Shown one piece after another: positions 11,301 through 29,077 of a DNA stretch of 64,000 nt. A program made the translations under genes and the position numbers. The stretch comes from Bugula neritina (taxonomy: Eukaryota > Animalia > Bryozoa). The stretch covers positions 19,592,995 through 19,656,994 of the forward strand of contig OZ037765.1 in the NCBI GenBank assembly GCA_964035545.1, written 5' to 3'. How positions within the stretch are numbered: position 1 is the first letter of the stretch; every line of letters starts with the position of its first letter. The notes beneath the pieces are model-generated. The model searched no databases and had not been told where the DNA came from. It saw only the letters and a program-made list of their open reading frames with translations.

Positions 11301-14300
11301 GCAACAAGTTCTAACATCGGCACCCACACATTTTGCCTGCTGTTACAGGATATGCTGCTAATTCACTTGGTTAATTAGACCATTCCTTTTAAGACATTCT
11401 CAGAGTTTAACAGCTTTACTTTCAAATGGCATAGTATGATCAGTTGTTGTAGGATATCTTTAGCCAAGTCAAAAATGTATAGTAATAAACGGTTTGTACT
11501 GTAGAGCTACAAATAGTGCCATTTTAGTCATCTTTTAGTAGTGTTAGTAGTACTATCACTATACAGTCTTGATATTGTATTTTTGATTCACAAATACTGC
11601 TGGGAACTAAAAATTCAGCAAAGGTATTTTTGAGATAGAATGGGGAGATATAAAAGTTGAATGTGGACACTAAAATTTATTTACTATCTTGAACTATTTT
11701 ACATCTTCTGAAAGTTTGGTTTCGTTTGAAATTTTTCTCCATGATAATGGTGAATGATGAATTTCTATTGGGTATAAATTGATTTTAAGCTCTTGCTAAA
11801 TTATATTGAGCAGTTTTAAATAAAATTCATTACCTGAAACAAATAAATCTTGCACTTGCTGTGTCAAGTATGATGCAGCTGTGATTGCACTGGTAAAATC
11901 TTGAGTACAGATTTTTTCACCTTTTCTGGATAACTCCATAATTGGCCGCCAGGTAAAAGTAATTTATTTTTGTCTGATTAATAAAAAAATATTCAACAAA
12001 CTTAATCAAAATATCAAGTTGATATGGCTTATATATGTATTCAAATACTATACTTAAAAAGACCTAGAAATTGTAGTAAGATTCTCGTTCAACGATGCTT
12101 AAAGTTTAACAATCGTGAGTTTGAAACCTGCTCGCCATGTGTCAGTTTGTTTAAAGTGAGATCCCTAAGAATTAAAAAGCATAAAAAATATAATCAAAAT
12201 GATCTTTAAGAAAACAGCTATTTATTATCTTTGCTAAAACTTGCTTGCACCTGTTTTCAACTGAAGAGAGCAGATTTTGTCTGGCCCCTTAAGAAGTATT
12301 ACACTTTGCAATAACAAAATAAACTCTAAACTCCCATAGCTCATTGTGTCTCAAAACTAGATGTATTGCTTTGACATAAATTCTAAAAATCCTATAATGG
12401 TTGAATATTTATTTTTTACCAACAGTCTCTACACCAAGCTTCTTTCTTCAACTTTTTTGCATGTAATTTAATAGAGGTTATTCTAGCCACGCCCTTGGCT
12501 AAAATGATGCAAGAAATCAACTTGCTTAACTTGTGCTTACAAGTTTAGAACATAATTGTTCTATTTTACTAACCAGCAATTTCCTATGCTACCAATGTTC
12601 TCTAGACCTAACACTAGTTGAAAACCTGCAACACTATAAACCTGATTTCGGCCACCACTAACTCATATTAACGAGTTATTAGAAAACGTTAGACTGCTTT
12701 GACTATCTAGCATGCATATTTTCGACTGCTAGCTAACTTAACTCGAGTTATCATAAGAATGTTGTTGTATTTTTAATCAGGTATGGCAAGATGTTCGATT
12801 AAATTGGGAAAATTTGACCAAATTTGAAAATGTGTCAAACATGGTAATATCGACTGAGAGCATATGGTTACCTGACATAGCACTACAAAACAGGTGCTGC
12901 CATCTTGTTTAGGGCAAATAGTTTCTGCATGTGTCAATATTATGAAGATATCACATCCAAGGTGTATTTGTAATACGAAGCATAAAGTTGAAACTCTTTA
13001 ACTATATTCTCACCTTTTATCAATGTCACAATTTTGCCATTGCAAATACACCTGCATGCTTTATCTGTACCTCTAATCAAGAAATGTCAGATTCTATGTG
13101 AGTGGTAGTTATATATGTTTGCTTCAAAAGTTTAGAAATTTAATTATATGTGTTATGGCACCTCCTCATACGCTTACCATGGCACCTTAACCACACCTAC
13201 ACCTACTTTGTACTGACACACCTACAATACAACTGCTAATCTACACAGTTTTCCAACAAAATTATTATAGCAATTTAAACCAAAGAACCTGAGTAGCAAA
13301 CAGTAGTAGCCCAACGCACAAACTTTAAAAAACACATATAAAGCTAAGCAAAATTTATTTAGTAGCATCTTAAAAATTTATAACTTTTTTTTCAATTATA
13401 ATTGTTAGTTTTAAACATGGATTGAATGCTTTTACTTGTATTTTTAATCTTTTCGAACAGCTATTCTTCTCAAATGATCTTATAAGTGAATGAATAATTG
13501 CAATACCAACACAGTACATATAGACACAAGCTTCCTTTCTCAATACATATCGTGAGAATTCATGACCCACCACTAATCACTAGTAATAGTGAAATGCACC
13601 AACACCTTCCTTGAAATACTATACCAGTAACACAGCACATTTCACTGCTTTGCATACTCAGTGTTCGTCATCTCCTTTAATATTATTTGTAGTTATGGAC
13701 TGATCACAGGCTGTCTTATGAAAACACCACATTTGCTAACTCCACTACCTCTATTGTTGTACCACCTAATTGTATTTGGCTACCTGACATTGGATTACAG
13801 AACAGGTACAACTAATAGAGGCAGCTTGTTTAGATTAGTGGCTTGTGAGGTGTTTTCTTCAGGGGGCCGATTAAACAGTTACGTGTCTTGAAAACCTGTA
13901 ACTGCCGTATCGCTTGTAGATTCACACTTAATATGATTTCTAGTAAAATGTTTGCATGCATGTAATTGTACGCTATAGATAGATATAAAAGTTATGCTTT
14001 GTATCGTGTTAGTATAGAAAGCTCAGTTATTGAGCTTACGACTAAAAACTGTGTCCTACAAGCGTTATCTCCTGCATGTGCATCAGGCATATGTGTTGTT
14101 CTGATTTGTATTTTTACGTATAATCAGTAACAATTTCAAAGTTATTTTAATGTCTCCAATAGTGCTGGTGTCTTTCGGAAAACAGTTTTTTATCTCGATA
14201 GTATGTAATTATAATTAGCATAGTTATTACATTGTATATATTATGTAAATATGTAAAAAGTTGATTCCACACATTACAACCATCATAGTATGTACCCAAC

Positions 14301-17300
14301 TTACATATAAATTTCATAAAATCTCAAGGAATTACTTCCTTTAAACAGAATCAAGAATGTATATAATTTTGTTCATTCTATTTTTTGCATTGTTTTATAT
14401 TTTAAGACAAGATAGTGCTTTTGATATTTCCATAGAGTATTCTAATTATTACATAATCTGTTGTATAATCTTTATGTTACCATTTCTACTTCTTCCTCAT
14501 ATTTTAGTGCTAATGATATTTACCACTCCTCATTGGTGGAACACAAGTTTAGGGTGAACATCTACCCAGATGGAACAGTGTTTTGGGTTCCTGGAGGAAA
14601 ATATTATACTAACTGCGAGTTAGACATAAGCTATTTTCCATTTGATGATCAGAAGTATGTATAAGCTTTAACAGAACATGGAAGCCTGTGCATACATTAC
14701 ATTACCCATTGAATGATTTGTTTAGTTTATCATCTTTTAGTTCATAAGTATAGCAACAATTATCTACTGTTGTTAGTATAAATTAGTGATGTGTCGAAGA
14801 GGGGGCGGGGGCGTACCCTCACACAATTAGCTTCTGTGGTATGTTAGACACAACTTATCAACTATTTAGGATAAACCCCACATCAGATATTATATGCTAT
14901 TTATATTTGCTTTACACATTTATTACCAGTTGTATGTAACTTCAATATAAAAAATTATTTACAGTTATGACTCATATAAAAAATTAGATTAAACGTTGCA
15001 AATACTGTAATATCTGTAATATTCTAGTAAAACTTGCTGTCATAGCAGTTTTATTGTGATATGACTTAGGAAATACATAATTATTTTATCTGCTGTTCTA
15101 TTATTGCAGATGTATGCTGCATTTCACCAACTGGGCATACAATGGCGTGGAGATGAATCTAACAGTTAAAGAAGCCAACATATCATTGGCTAATTATCAA
15201 GTCAATGGCGAATGGGACATAGTGGAGACAACTGCTCATAGGTACTATTTTAACTGACATAGCTCAGCAGTCATGTTATTTTGCTGGTAGATATATTGTG
15301 TGATAGTGTATGCAATACACTCGTGCAGGTGTACAAGCATGGGTTTTTATGTAATAATTTATTTTGAATTATTAGACCTTATAGACTATGCATATATAAT
15401 GAGAGACGAGACAGTCACTTGTGTAATAAAGTGTATATGTTTTCAAAGTGCTTAAGTTAACAGGTGCCTACTTGAGTCACATTTGGAGTATATATTATAT
15501 ACTTGGCAAATTTATAACACCACACTAATTTAAATATACTAATTCTTTTTTCTCGTTAGTTTTGTAATAATATAACTGAACAGACTTTCAGTTTTATATT
15601 CCAAGATAAGACCTATCAATGCGGCAGACAGAAATATAAAAACTATTTTTTGAGGTATTGTAATTCACCTAAATCAGCAATTGACACTTGGTTTTCAGTC
15701 TCAGCAACAATAATTGCGATCGAACATACCAGCAAGACAATTCAGCTTGAATTTATCAAACTTCATTCACTGTATCTCACAGCTGCTGCTTCTGGTATTC
15801 AGCTACATTATATTGTGATGTATTATTACATTATTATATTGAATTATATTGCAATGTATGCAACTAAAGATTTTCTGCTGCCTAGCAGTTGTTTGTATTA
15901 TAAAAATTTCAATCAGAAAATGCAAAAATTTGTTTCTTTAATTTACAGCGTAGAAAGCATTTAAAAATTAACTCTTACATAATGCACTATCATAGAGCAT
16001 GTTTGCTTGCCTTTCCCTAAATTATGGAGCTTGTTTTCTGGGAAATCTATTTTTATATAAAATAGATTTAGAAGATCACAATCTTTTGAATGGTATAAAA
16101 TTTGCTAATTGGAAAAACTTCCATTGAAGTTTAGTCAATTAGCACATTTTATATCATTCAAAAGTTGATTTAAATGCAAACTAACACTAATATTATTATT
16201 ATATTATACTCATATAGTGTTATAAGTTTATACTATATTCATAAATACAGTGTTATTATTGGTGTTAATTTTTTATTCCACAGAGAAGACAAGTTTTATG
16301 CTTGTTGTGGCGACACCCCCTACCCATCTATCTACTTTACGATATACATGAGAAGGAAGTATTTGTTCTACATCACCAACATCATAGCACCTTGCGTCAT
16401 GCTCTCCATTCTCATTACACTCGTCTTCTATCTGCCACCAGAGGCTGGAGAAAAGGTCTCTCTAGGCATCACAGTGCTGCTGTCCTGCATTGTTTTCCTG
16501 CTGCTTATAGCTGAAAGCATCCCTAAACGCTCGGATTCTGTGCCCATCATTAGTAAGCTCATACACCAGCTTATATGATATATGACACATTACATCATAG
16601 AATTTTTAGTACAAAATAAAATGAACAATATAATGAGCATAATTTATTTCCTAGTTACTGTTGTCTTGTTAATGTCTATGCATATCAAAATTAATTGGCT
16701 CCATTTATTTTCACACGCACACCCACTATAGTATAGGTATATAATATAACATATTATATTATTTTACTTTAACTTTTTGATGAGCAAATATGTTTGCTAA
16801 ATTTCTAACTGAATAGGAAAATAGTAATTTCTGTCATTCTATGAAAACAACTAAAAGTTTGTAGTTACTGGAAAGCTGAGACTGCTGTTCAAAAATTAAA
16901 TGTGAATATGTATTTAGGAATATTGTAATACTTCACTGTAACTTTTCTTATATTATTTGTTGCTTTCCACAGCCAATATACTGCATTATTTATTTTCATA
17001 GGTGTTTATTTAGCAACATTCCTTGCTATAACGACAGCCTCTATCATCTCTACGGTTGTTGTTTTACACGTACATCACATGGGGACAAGGAAAGTGCCCC
17101 TCTTTGTAAAAAGGGTTGTGTTTGATGTAATGGCTCGTATGCTTTGCATGAATGGCTTAGCATATAAATATGGCACCAGTTCGTGTCGGAGAGATGTTGG
17201 ATCTCCAATGGAGACATCAATGACTAGTGTAATGATGACGAGCAGCCGTAATCCCTCTCTACTCAACAGCAAGAATCACTACTCTACTCGACTCAGCCCA

Positions 17301-17636
17301 ACCCTACCTTACAACAAGAAGTCTGCACATCATAATGGTCGGGCCAACGGTAGTGGTATGAAGAAAAGTTTTTCTATCACCGAGGATAGACTTGCACAGC
17401 ACTTATTACTAAATCGCAACTTTGTCTTAGAGGAAATACTGATGTATGTGAAGGCATTCACCCAGGAAAAAGCTTCCAATGAACTGACAGAAGCTACAAG
17501 AATGGAGTGGATCGCAGTGGCAAAGGTTCTTGATAGGTTTTTTATGTGTCTTTTTATGTCTTCTATAGTATGCTCGTCGTTCTTTATTCTCATACTGCTA
17601 CCTATGTCAAAAATTGAGATGGATACAAGTATATGA
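8333..17636 (+). CDS. Nicotinic acetylcholine receptor alpha-type subunit (Cys-loop cation channel). Exons 8333-8411, [8798-8947 candidate cassette], 9479-9615, 10385-10429, 12781-12893, 14508-14654, 15110-15241, 16284-16552, 17002-17636; about 568 aa (518 without the cassette)
   Basis: Signal peptide MSRLKVSFLLFLLYFGDAHS; IWLPDI; Cys-loop CELDISYFPFDDQKC; loop B NWAY; loop C FYACCGDTPY with vicinal Cys; M1-M2 LPPEAGEKVSLGITVLLS (cation-selective GEK); M4 EWIAVAKVLDRFF. All exons are in phase. Confidence 0.93.
8685..8752. repeat. (TG)/(TGCG) microsatellite
   Basis: Directly visible. Confidence 0.9.
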
Positions 17637-19442
17637 TTGCACTGCTGCCAACAACCAGACACTGCATGGTGATGCTGCCACTGCCAATATGGATGACAAT
17701 CAAATCTAAAGAGAAACTGAATATTCACACCCAATACAATACTTGTGATTGCAGTAAGAAGAGTTTGCATTTCTGTTAACCTCAACTATACAAACTCTGC
17801 TTGGACAAGGAACATAATATTTAGATGACCGCCATCAGATATATTACACAAATTGTACATATATGTATATGTAATGTGTTTTTTATGCCTGGATATGTAA
17901 CTAGCTTTTGTAATTTGCACTTATATGAACATTGCAGCTTTTTGCATTGTGCTAATAATTTTCGTTATTGCATCAATAATCCAATTGCTATATTTATAAA
18001 TTTTTAGTTAAGGTTTTACTCATAACATTTCTTATGGCTAGTGATGTTCATTATATGTTTGTAATTTGATTAGGAAAATGTAAATTAATAAGTTGACGCA
18101 GTTCATTATTGATGTGGTTGCTTAGCGCTGCTTATCATGCAGGTATATTTGTAACACCACTTAGTTGACACTTCGTAATACTAATTGTTATATTGTAATG
18201 TTATAGAATGTCATATTTAGTTATAAAAAGGAGTGTGCTTATTAATTTGTAAGTATAATAATTTTCATGCTTTATCATATAAATATATCCTATTGCACAC
18301 ATTTTAATAATAAATCACTGAAAGCATAAAAACGTTGGAGGGAATATGAGTACAAAATGTATCTAATATGTTATATATAAAGTTATATCTCATAATATTC
18401 TGAAGAACATTGCCAGCAGCAAGCTTTGAACTCACTAATATGTTGAGAAATACATATTAGACACATGTTGATTTTAATTGTGCAATGTTCTTATAGCGTT
18501 ATGATTTTTGTAAATGCTAAAAATTGCAATACTGGTTAAAAAGAAAGTTCCTTGAAAATTATTAGTAGGTAATAAAATGAAAAACACTAAATTTTCATAC
18601 ATTTGCATGTTGTGAGAGAGTAACTCCAAGCATACCAATGACGCAATTTGAATAATCAGCAACAGCACATTTATGAAATGCAGCAAAATCTAGTCGACCA
18701 GAACAGAATTTATTGAATGAAGTTGAAATCCCAAATACTATACAAAATACTTCCATAAAATGGAGCACAATGCATATGTTGACAGCTGGAATTGACATGC
18801 TAAGATTTTCGTTTCGGAACAAAACTATAAATGTATTTTATGGATAAATAAATTTAAAAAGTGAACTTTAATGCTTCAATCAGTAAAGTTATATTAACCA
18901 AAATTAAAACATGCTAATAAAAGCTACTGAATCTCCTCAAGTTGTATTTTTTCAGCAACCTATACAAAACTACATTAACTTCAATAGATTTGTTATTCTT
19001 AAAAAATTGCAGAAACCATCTTTTCAGAAAGAAGATATTACCACAAAAATTTGTTAAAAATAATAAACGAATTGCATCTTATAACACTGAGTTTATCATG
19101 TGTACTTTAAGTAATTATATTTGACTAATTTAGTTGGGGTTATCAAAAGTTTAAACTTTGCAATTCTTAAATGGTTGCATACAAATATTTAAACAGGTTT
19201 CCATTTGCTGCACACGTTCAATTAACAGCTAGAAAATATTTGCAACATGACCTATGTGAATCTTTGTTATGAAAAAATCTTTTCAGCTATATAATATACT
19301 CTGTTCCTTAAAAAGACACATCTTACCAAATTTTAAGCAACACAAAGTTATCAAACTTGCCCATTAAGACAACATAAACACAATTAGCCAGATAAAATGT
19401 TTATGAAATGTTTAATAATGGAATCTAGTATTTACAAAAAAG

Positions 19443-25091
<5,649 letters not shown>

Positions 25092-26600
25092 ACTGTACAA
25101 CTCTACAAGCACATTATATTAATTTTATGGGATATCGAAATTTTCGCAACTAATAGGTAAAGTTACACTTAGAATGCACTTGATGCAACTAAGTTCATAC
25201 CCTTACCAAATCAAGCACTGAGTGCCAGTTTACATGAGATAAACCATGCAATAGTTATAGGCTATCTAAAAAGCATTGGGCAAAACGCAAGGCATTTTCA
25301 AACTTGGTAACATTATAAATATATAACTTATTATTGATGTAAATCCTTGGTAATGCAGTGGACATTATTAAGATTATTTATTAACATTACCGGGCAAATC
25401 AGTGCAAGGAAAAGAAATTATTTCAAAAAGCAAAATAATAATCGGGTCAACTTATTACCATAACAGTATGTAGAAATAATTAGTTTCAAAAGCAGACTAC
25501 TCTAAATTGTCAAGAACCCGTACTAACTATTCGGTTTGAAAAGCACTAATGGGTGCTAATATTTCTTACTATATCAATAGATATACTACTCTAATGAAGA
25601 CAGTTGTAATAAAGGTTTGAAGCTTGAATGATGAAAATTATTTAAAAAAATAGCATGCTAATGATACAGTAAATACTATGAAATTAAATTTTTATATTAA
25701 TGGAAAATTTCACATCAAGAATAACAATTACAGTAATATTTATACCAGCCAACAACAATTTTCAGCTGAAAATTCCTTATACCAATGTAAATAGCAATGA
25801 GGATTATTATTTACTATGAAAAAGAGCACAACTATTGCTATTTCAATCAGATAGTTACTTGCAACAAATTGTGTGTATTGTATTGATAACATATTGATAA
25901 CATAATATCGTAATAACAAATTCCAATATCAGTTAGAAACTTATTACTAATTATTATACATAATAGTAAGAGCCGAGTCTAAACCACACTGACTCGGTTA
26001 CTTGCAGACTATAGCTATAAACTCATTGGCTGGAGTTGACTTAATAAACTCATGTTTACTGACCTGACCAACCACTAAATTTAAACTAATAAGTTATCTA
26101 AAAACTTTAACTAATTTGTTGCATTAGCATTAATTTACATCTAAAGAAAATTCAAGTTTTAAATCAATTAATTTTATTATTAGTCTTTTTGCAAGCATTC
26201 AATTTTAGTGATTTCAATTCCTAAATTGTAGTAACTTAATAGTGGCTTCATAATAATACAAGTTGCTAGTATTTATTCAAACAACCAACTGTGACTTCAG
26301 ACTGATGTTCATCCAATTTTGAATTTTTGAGATGTGCTGGTCAATTCCATGAGCTATTATCACTATCAGAAGTCAACAGCATTATAATCTAAATCATGGA
26401 CATATAATTATTATCATACTGATACTCATACTGTTGCTGTTGGTGTTATTTAATAATTTGATTTCGTTATCAGTTTTGGTTAGTCTTTAAAGTTACAGTA
26501 ACAATAACTAATTTGATAGCTATTAATTAAAATACATATTTTTAAATACTAAAATAGAGTCAGAATGTTTAAAGATTAACATTAACATGATGATTAATAA

Positions 26601-26820
26601 CAAACTCATTCAAGTTTATAGTCACCATCCCTGTGAGAAAACCCCTGATAAAATGAGTTTTGCTAAATCAGCCTAAAGACTTATTCAGATAGGGCACAGG
26701 AGCAATTATGACTGGAGGCTCTTCCTAACTTCACCAATCACCAATGGCCTTTGTCCGGTTCGAACCCATTACTTCGTGCTTACTAGGCAAACGCTCTAAC
26801 CCCTAAACCACGGGTGCTCC
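26601..26820 (-). mobile_element. tRNA-derived SINE, copy A (full length, with probable target-site duplication)
   Basis: Reverse complement of the same head (A box, ctagtaag loop, B box ggttcgaa), core (ggccattggtga...aggaagagc) and tail (ggggttttctcacagggatggtgactataaac) seen in the other five copies. Flanks are aacatgatgattaataa and aacataatgattaatga. Confidence 0.88.
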
Positions 26821-27299
26821 CAACATAATGATTAATGATAAGATCATTATTTAATATTTCGATGGCCATTAGCAGTATCGTTGTGATTATTATTTTCAAT
26901 ATTATTAATTTATATTTAATTTATTATATTTTAATTTATAAGATTAACCAACAACTAGTTAACTAACAATTACAAGTAACACTAACAGTAATGAGCAACA
27001 CTCACAGCCAGTGTTACTGTTACTCATACTGTTACTGTTACACTAACAATAAAGCTATCAGTAACATTAACACTAACAGTAAAACTACTGTAAAAGTAAA
27101 ACTGAACAGACACAGTGTGAGTGTTGAGTGAATCAGAATGTAATAAAACTAAATTATCAAAATAAAGTGGAAAGAAGTTTCTTAAAACCACCATATAAAT
27201 AAAACAATATTTATACATTCGTAAACAAAGAAGGTCTAGCATATATATTCATAGACTCATATTGCATTAATTTTCTTTTGACATTTAAGTCAAATTCAA

Positions 27300-27790
27300 G
27301 TTGAAATTGCGATTTAACTTCATCGACAATTTCACGACTTCTTTATTTTAATTTTACTTTACTTGGGTCGCTGTTATTAATTGGTTTTCACCCGCCAAAT
27401 AATGTTTCGTTAAATAACTGATATTTCCCAAGGTTGGAGCGAATGAAGAAAATAACATTGTAAAATATTTTCAATAAGTACCACCTTCTTAGAGTTGTCT
27501 GTTTTCATGGGGCCCATTATCGTCCCAAACCGGATACAGATTCCTTGAGCTTCATAAGCAACCATTTCCAGCACTCAAATTAATGCATATCACTGAAAGT
27601 AAAATCATGCCAAAGGTTTCTGACCTCAATGACCTTGGAGACTAATGATTTAATTTAATGAAGCTGATTTAAAATTTAGCTATTGTTTAGTTAAATATAG
27701 AAATAATACTAACGTTTTTAGTATGGCATTAAAATTAACAATTTTAATTTACTCACCCAGTGAGTGTGACCTTGTAACTTGTAAGTTGTA
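27300..27790. promoter_or_regulatory. Candidate shared (bidirectional) promoter region for DDX23 and BBS5
   Basis: Lies between the divergently oriented genes and is slightly GC/CpG-enriched. Donor-like sites point outward (minus-strand caa|gtaaag near 27362; plus-strand ctt|gtaagt near 27781). Inference only. Confidence 0.35.
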
Positions 27791-29077
27791 AGTGTATTTA
27801 CTTGTATCCCACTCTTTTTGACGTGAAAGAATGGGTTAATGGGAGAAAGCCAGTGGTTTATTTAACTCCAATAATGCAGCATGCAAATGTCTGCCCAATA
27901 GATTTGCACGCTATTAAGTGTTAGTGTTACACTTACTGAGTGTTGGTGTAACTGTAAGTCAAACTCAAAGTGTAATAGAAACTAATAATAATTTAATATT
28001 AATTTATAATTTTTATTATATTATTATTAAATTATTATATCAATTTTTCATTACCATCGTTAAATTTAGTAGAACTAAATGTGGTAATCTAGTTAGTCAA
28101 TCTAGCTATTCACTTTAATTTAAAGCTAAATAATGTAAAAGAAGATGGGTTATCTTTAAGTTTATGTCCTTGAAAATTTTATTTTAACCAATTGTTGATT
28201 AGTAGAAAATGGTATCACTATCATTGGCATGCCATTACCAATGTCAATTTTAAATTTCATTACTTGAGGCAAGTCTAATACAACTTTATGCTGAATTTTG
28301 TTTGGATTTGGTTTATCACAGTTTTCTTATTATTATGGTTATTGAAAAAATTGTTTTTAACTTGAAAATTATTAATGTTTATTATTTGAGTGGTTTTTAA
28401 AACTTTGAGTATTGAATGTCTATAGCCACAGATCTTTGTAGCTCATTTGACATGTACATGAAATTAAACCTAAACATATATTATAATATACAAACTTAGT
28501 GTCCCAGTGTAAATTCTTTTGTCTTAGAAAACTAATGACTGGAATTTTTAATGATTAAGTAATTTATATGCAAGCCATTAATATATGATGTTATTTAGGA
28601 CTGATTCTTAGTTTATATATGAACAGTTGACTATTTTAGTTTGGTGGCTTTCTTCATTCTTTTCGACAATAAATTTGATGTCTCAAATTATTTTGTTATA
28701 AATAGTGCTTTTTAATATTGAATTAAGCATAAGTAGTTCAATTCCAATGGACTGAATGTGACTGTAAATATAAACTGAAGTATGTGTACTTTTGAACAAG
28801 TTTGCACAGACAAGAAACGTGTAATTGTTTGCTACTTTTTTTGCTATTTGTATGGGTGCCAGTTTTAATTAAGTCTATAAAAAGTTTCCAAATACAAAAT
28901 AACACAACTAGTCATTAGATTTATTGATTGTTTTTATTGGGGTATCGGCAATTTTGAAGAATTCTGTGCTTTGCCTTCATTATTTTTGTTACAGTTGCTT
29001 AACTCTTTTGAGTATTTGTCGTCAAACAGAATTACTAACATTCTTAAAATATTTACATCTGATAGGATTAAAAGAAA

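Noticed and set aside
17681-17688. miR-34 family 8-mer seed match (cactgcca) in the nAChR 3'UTR
   Set aside because: A single 8-mer without conservation data is not evidence of regulation.
17330-17785. 151-aa antisense ORF over the nAChR last exon; similar antisense ORFs over DDX23 exons
   Set aside because: Shadow ORFs of real coding exons with no recognisable motifs.
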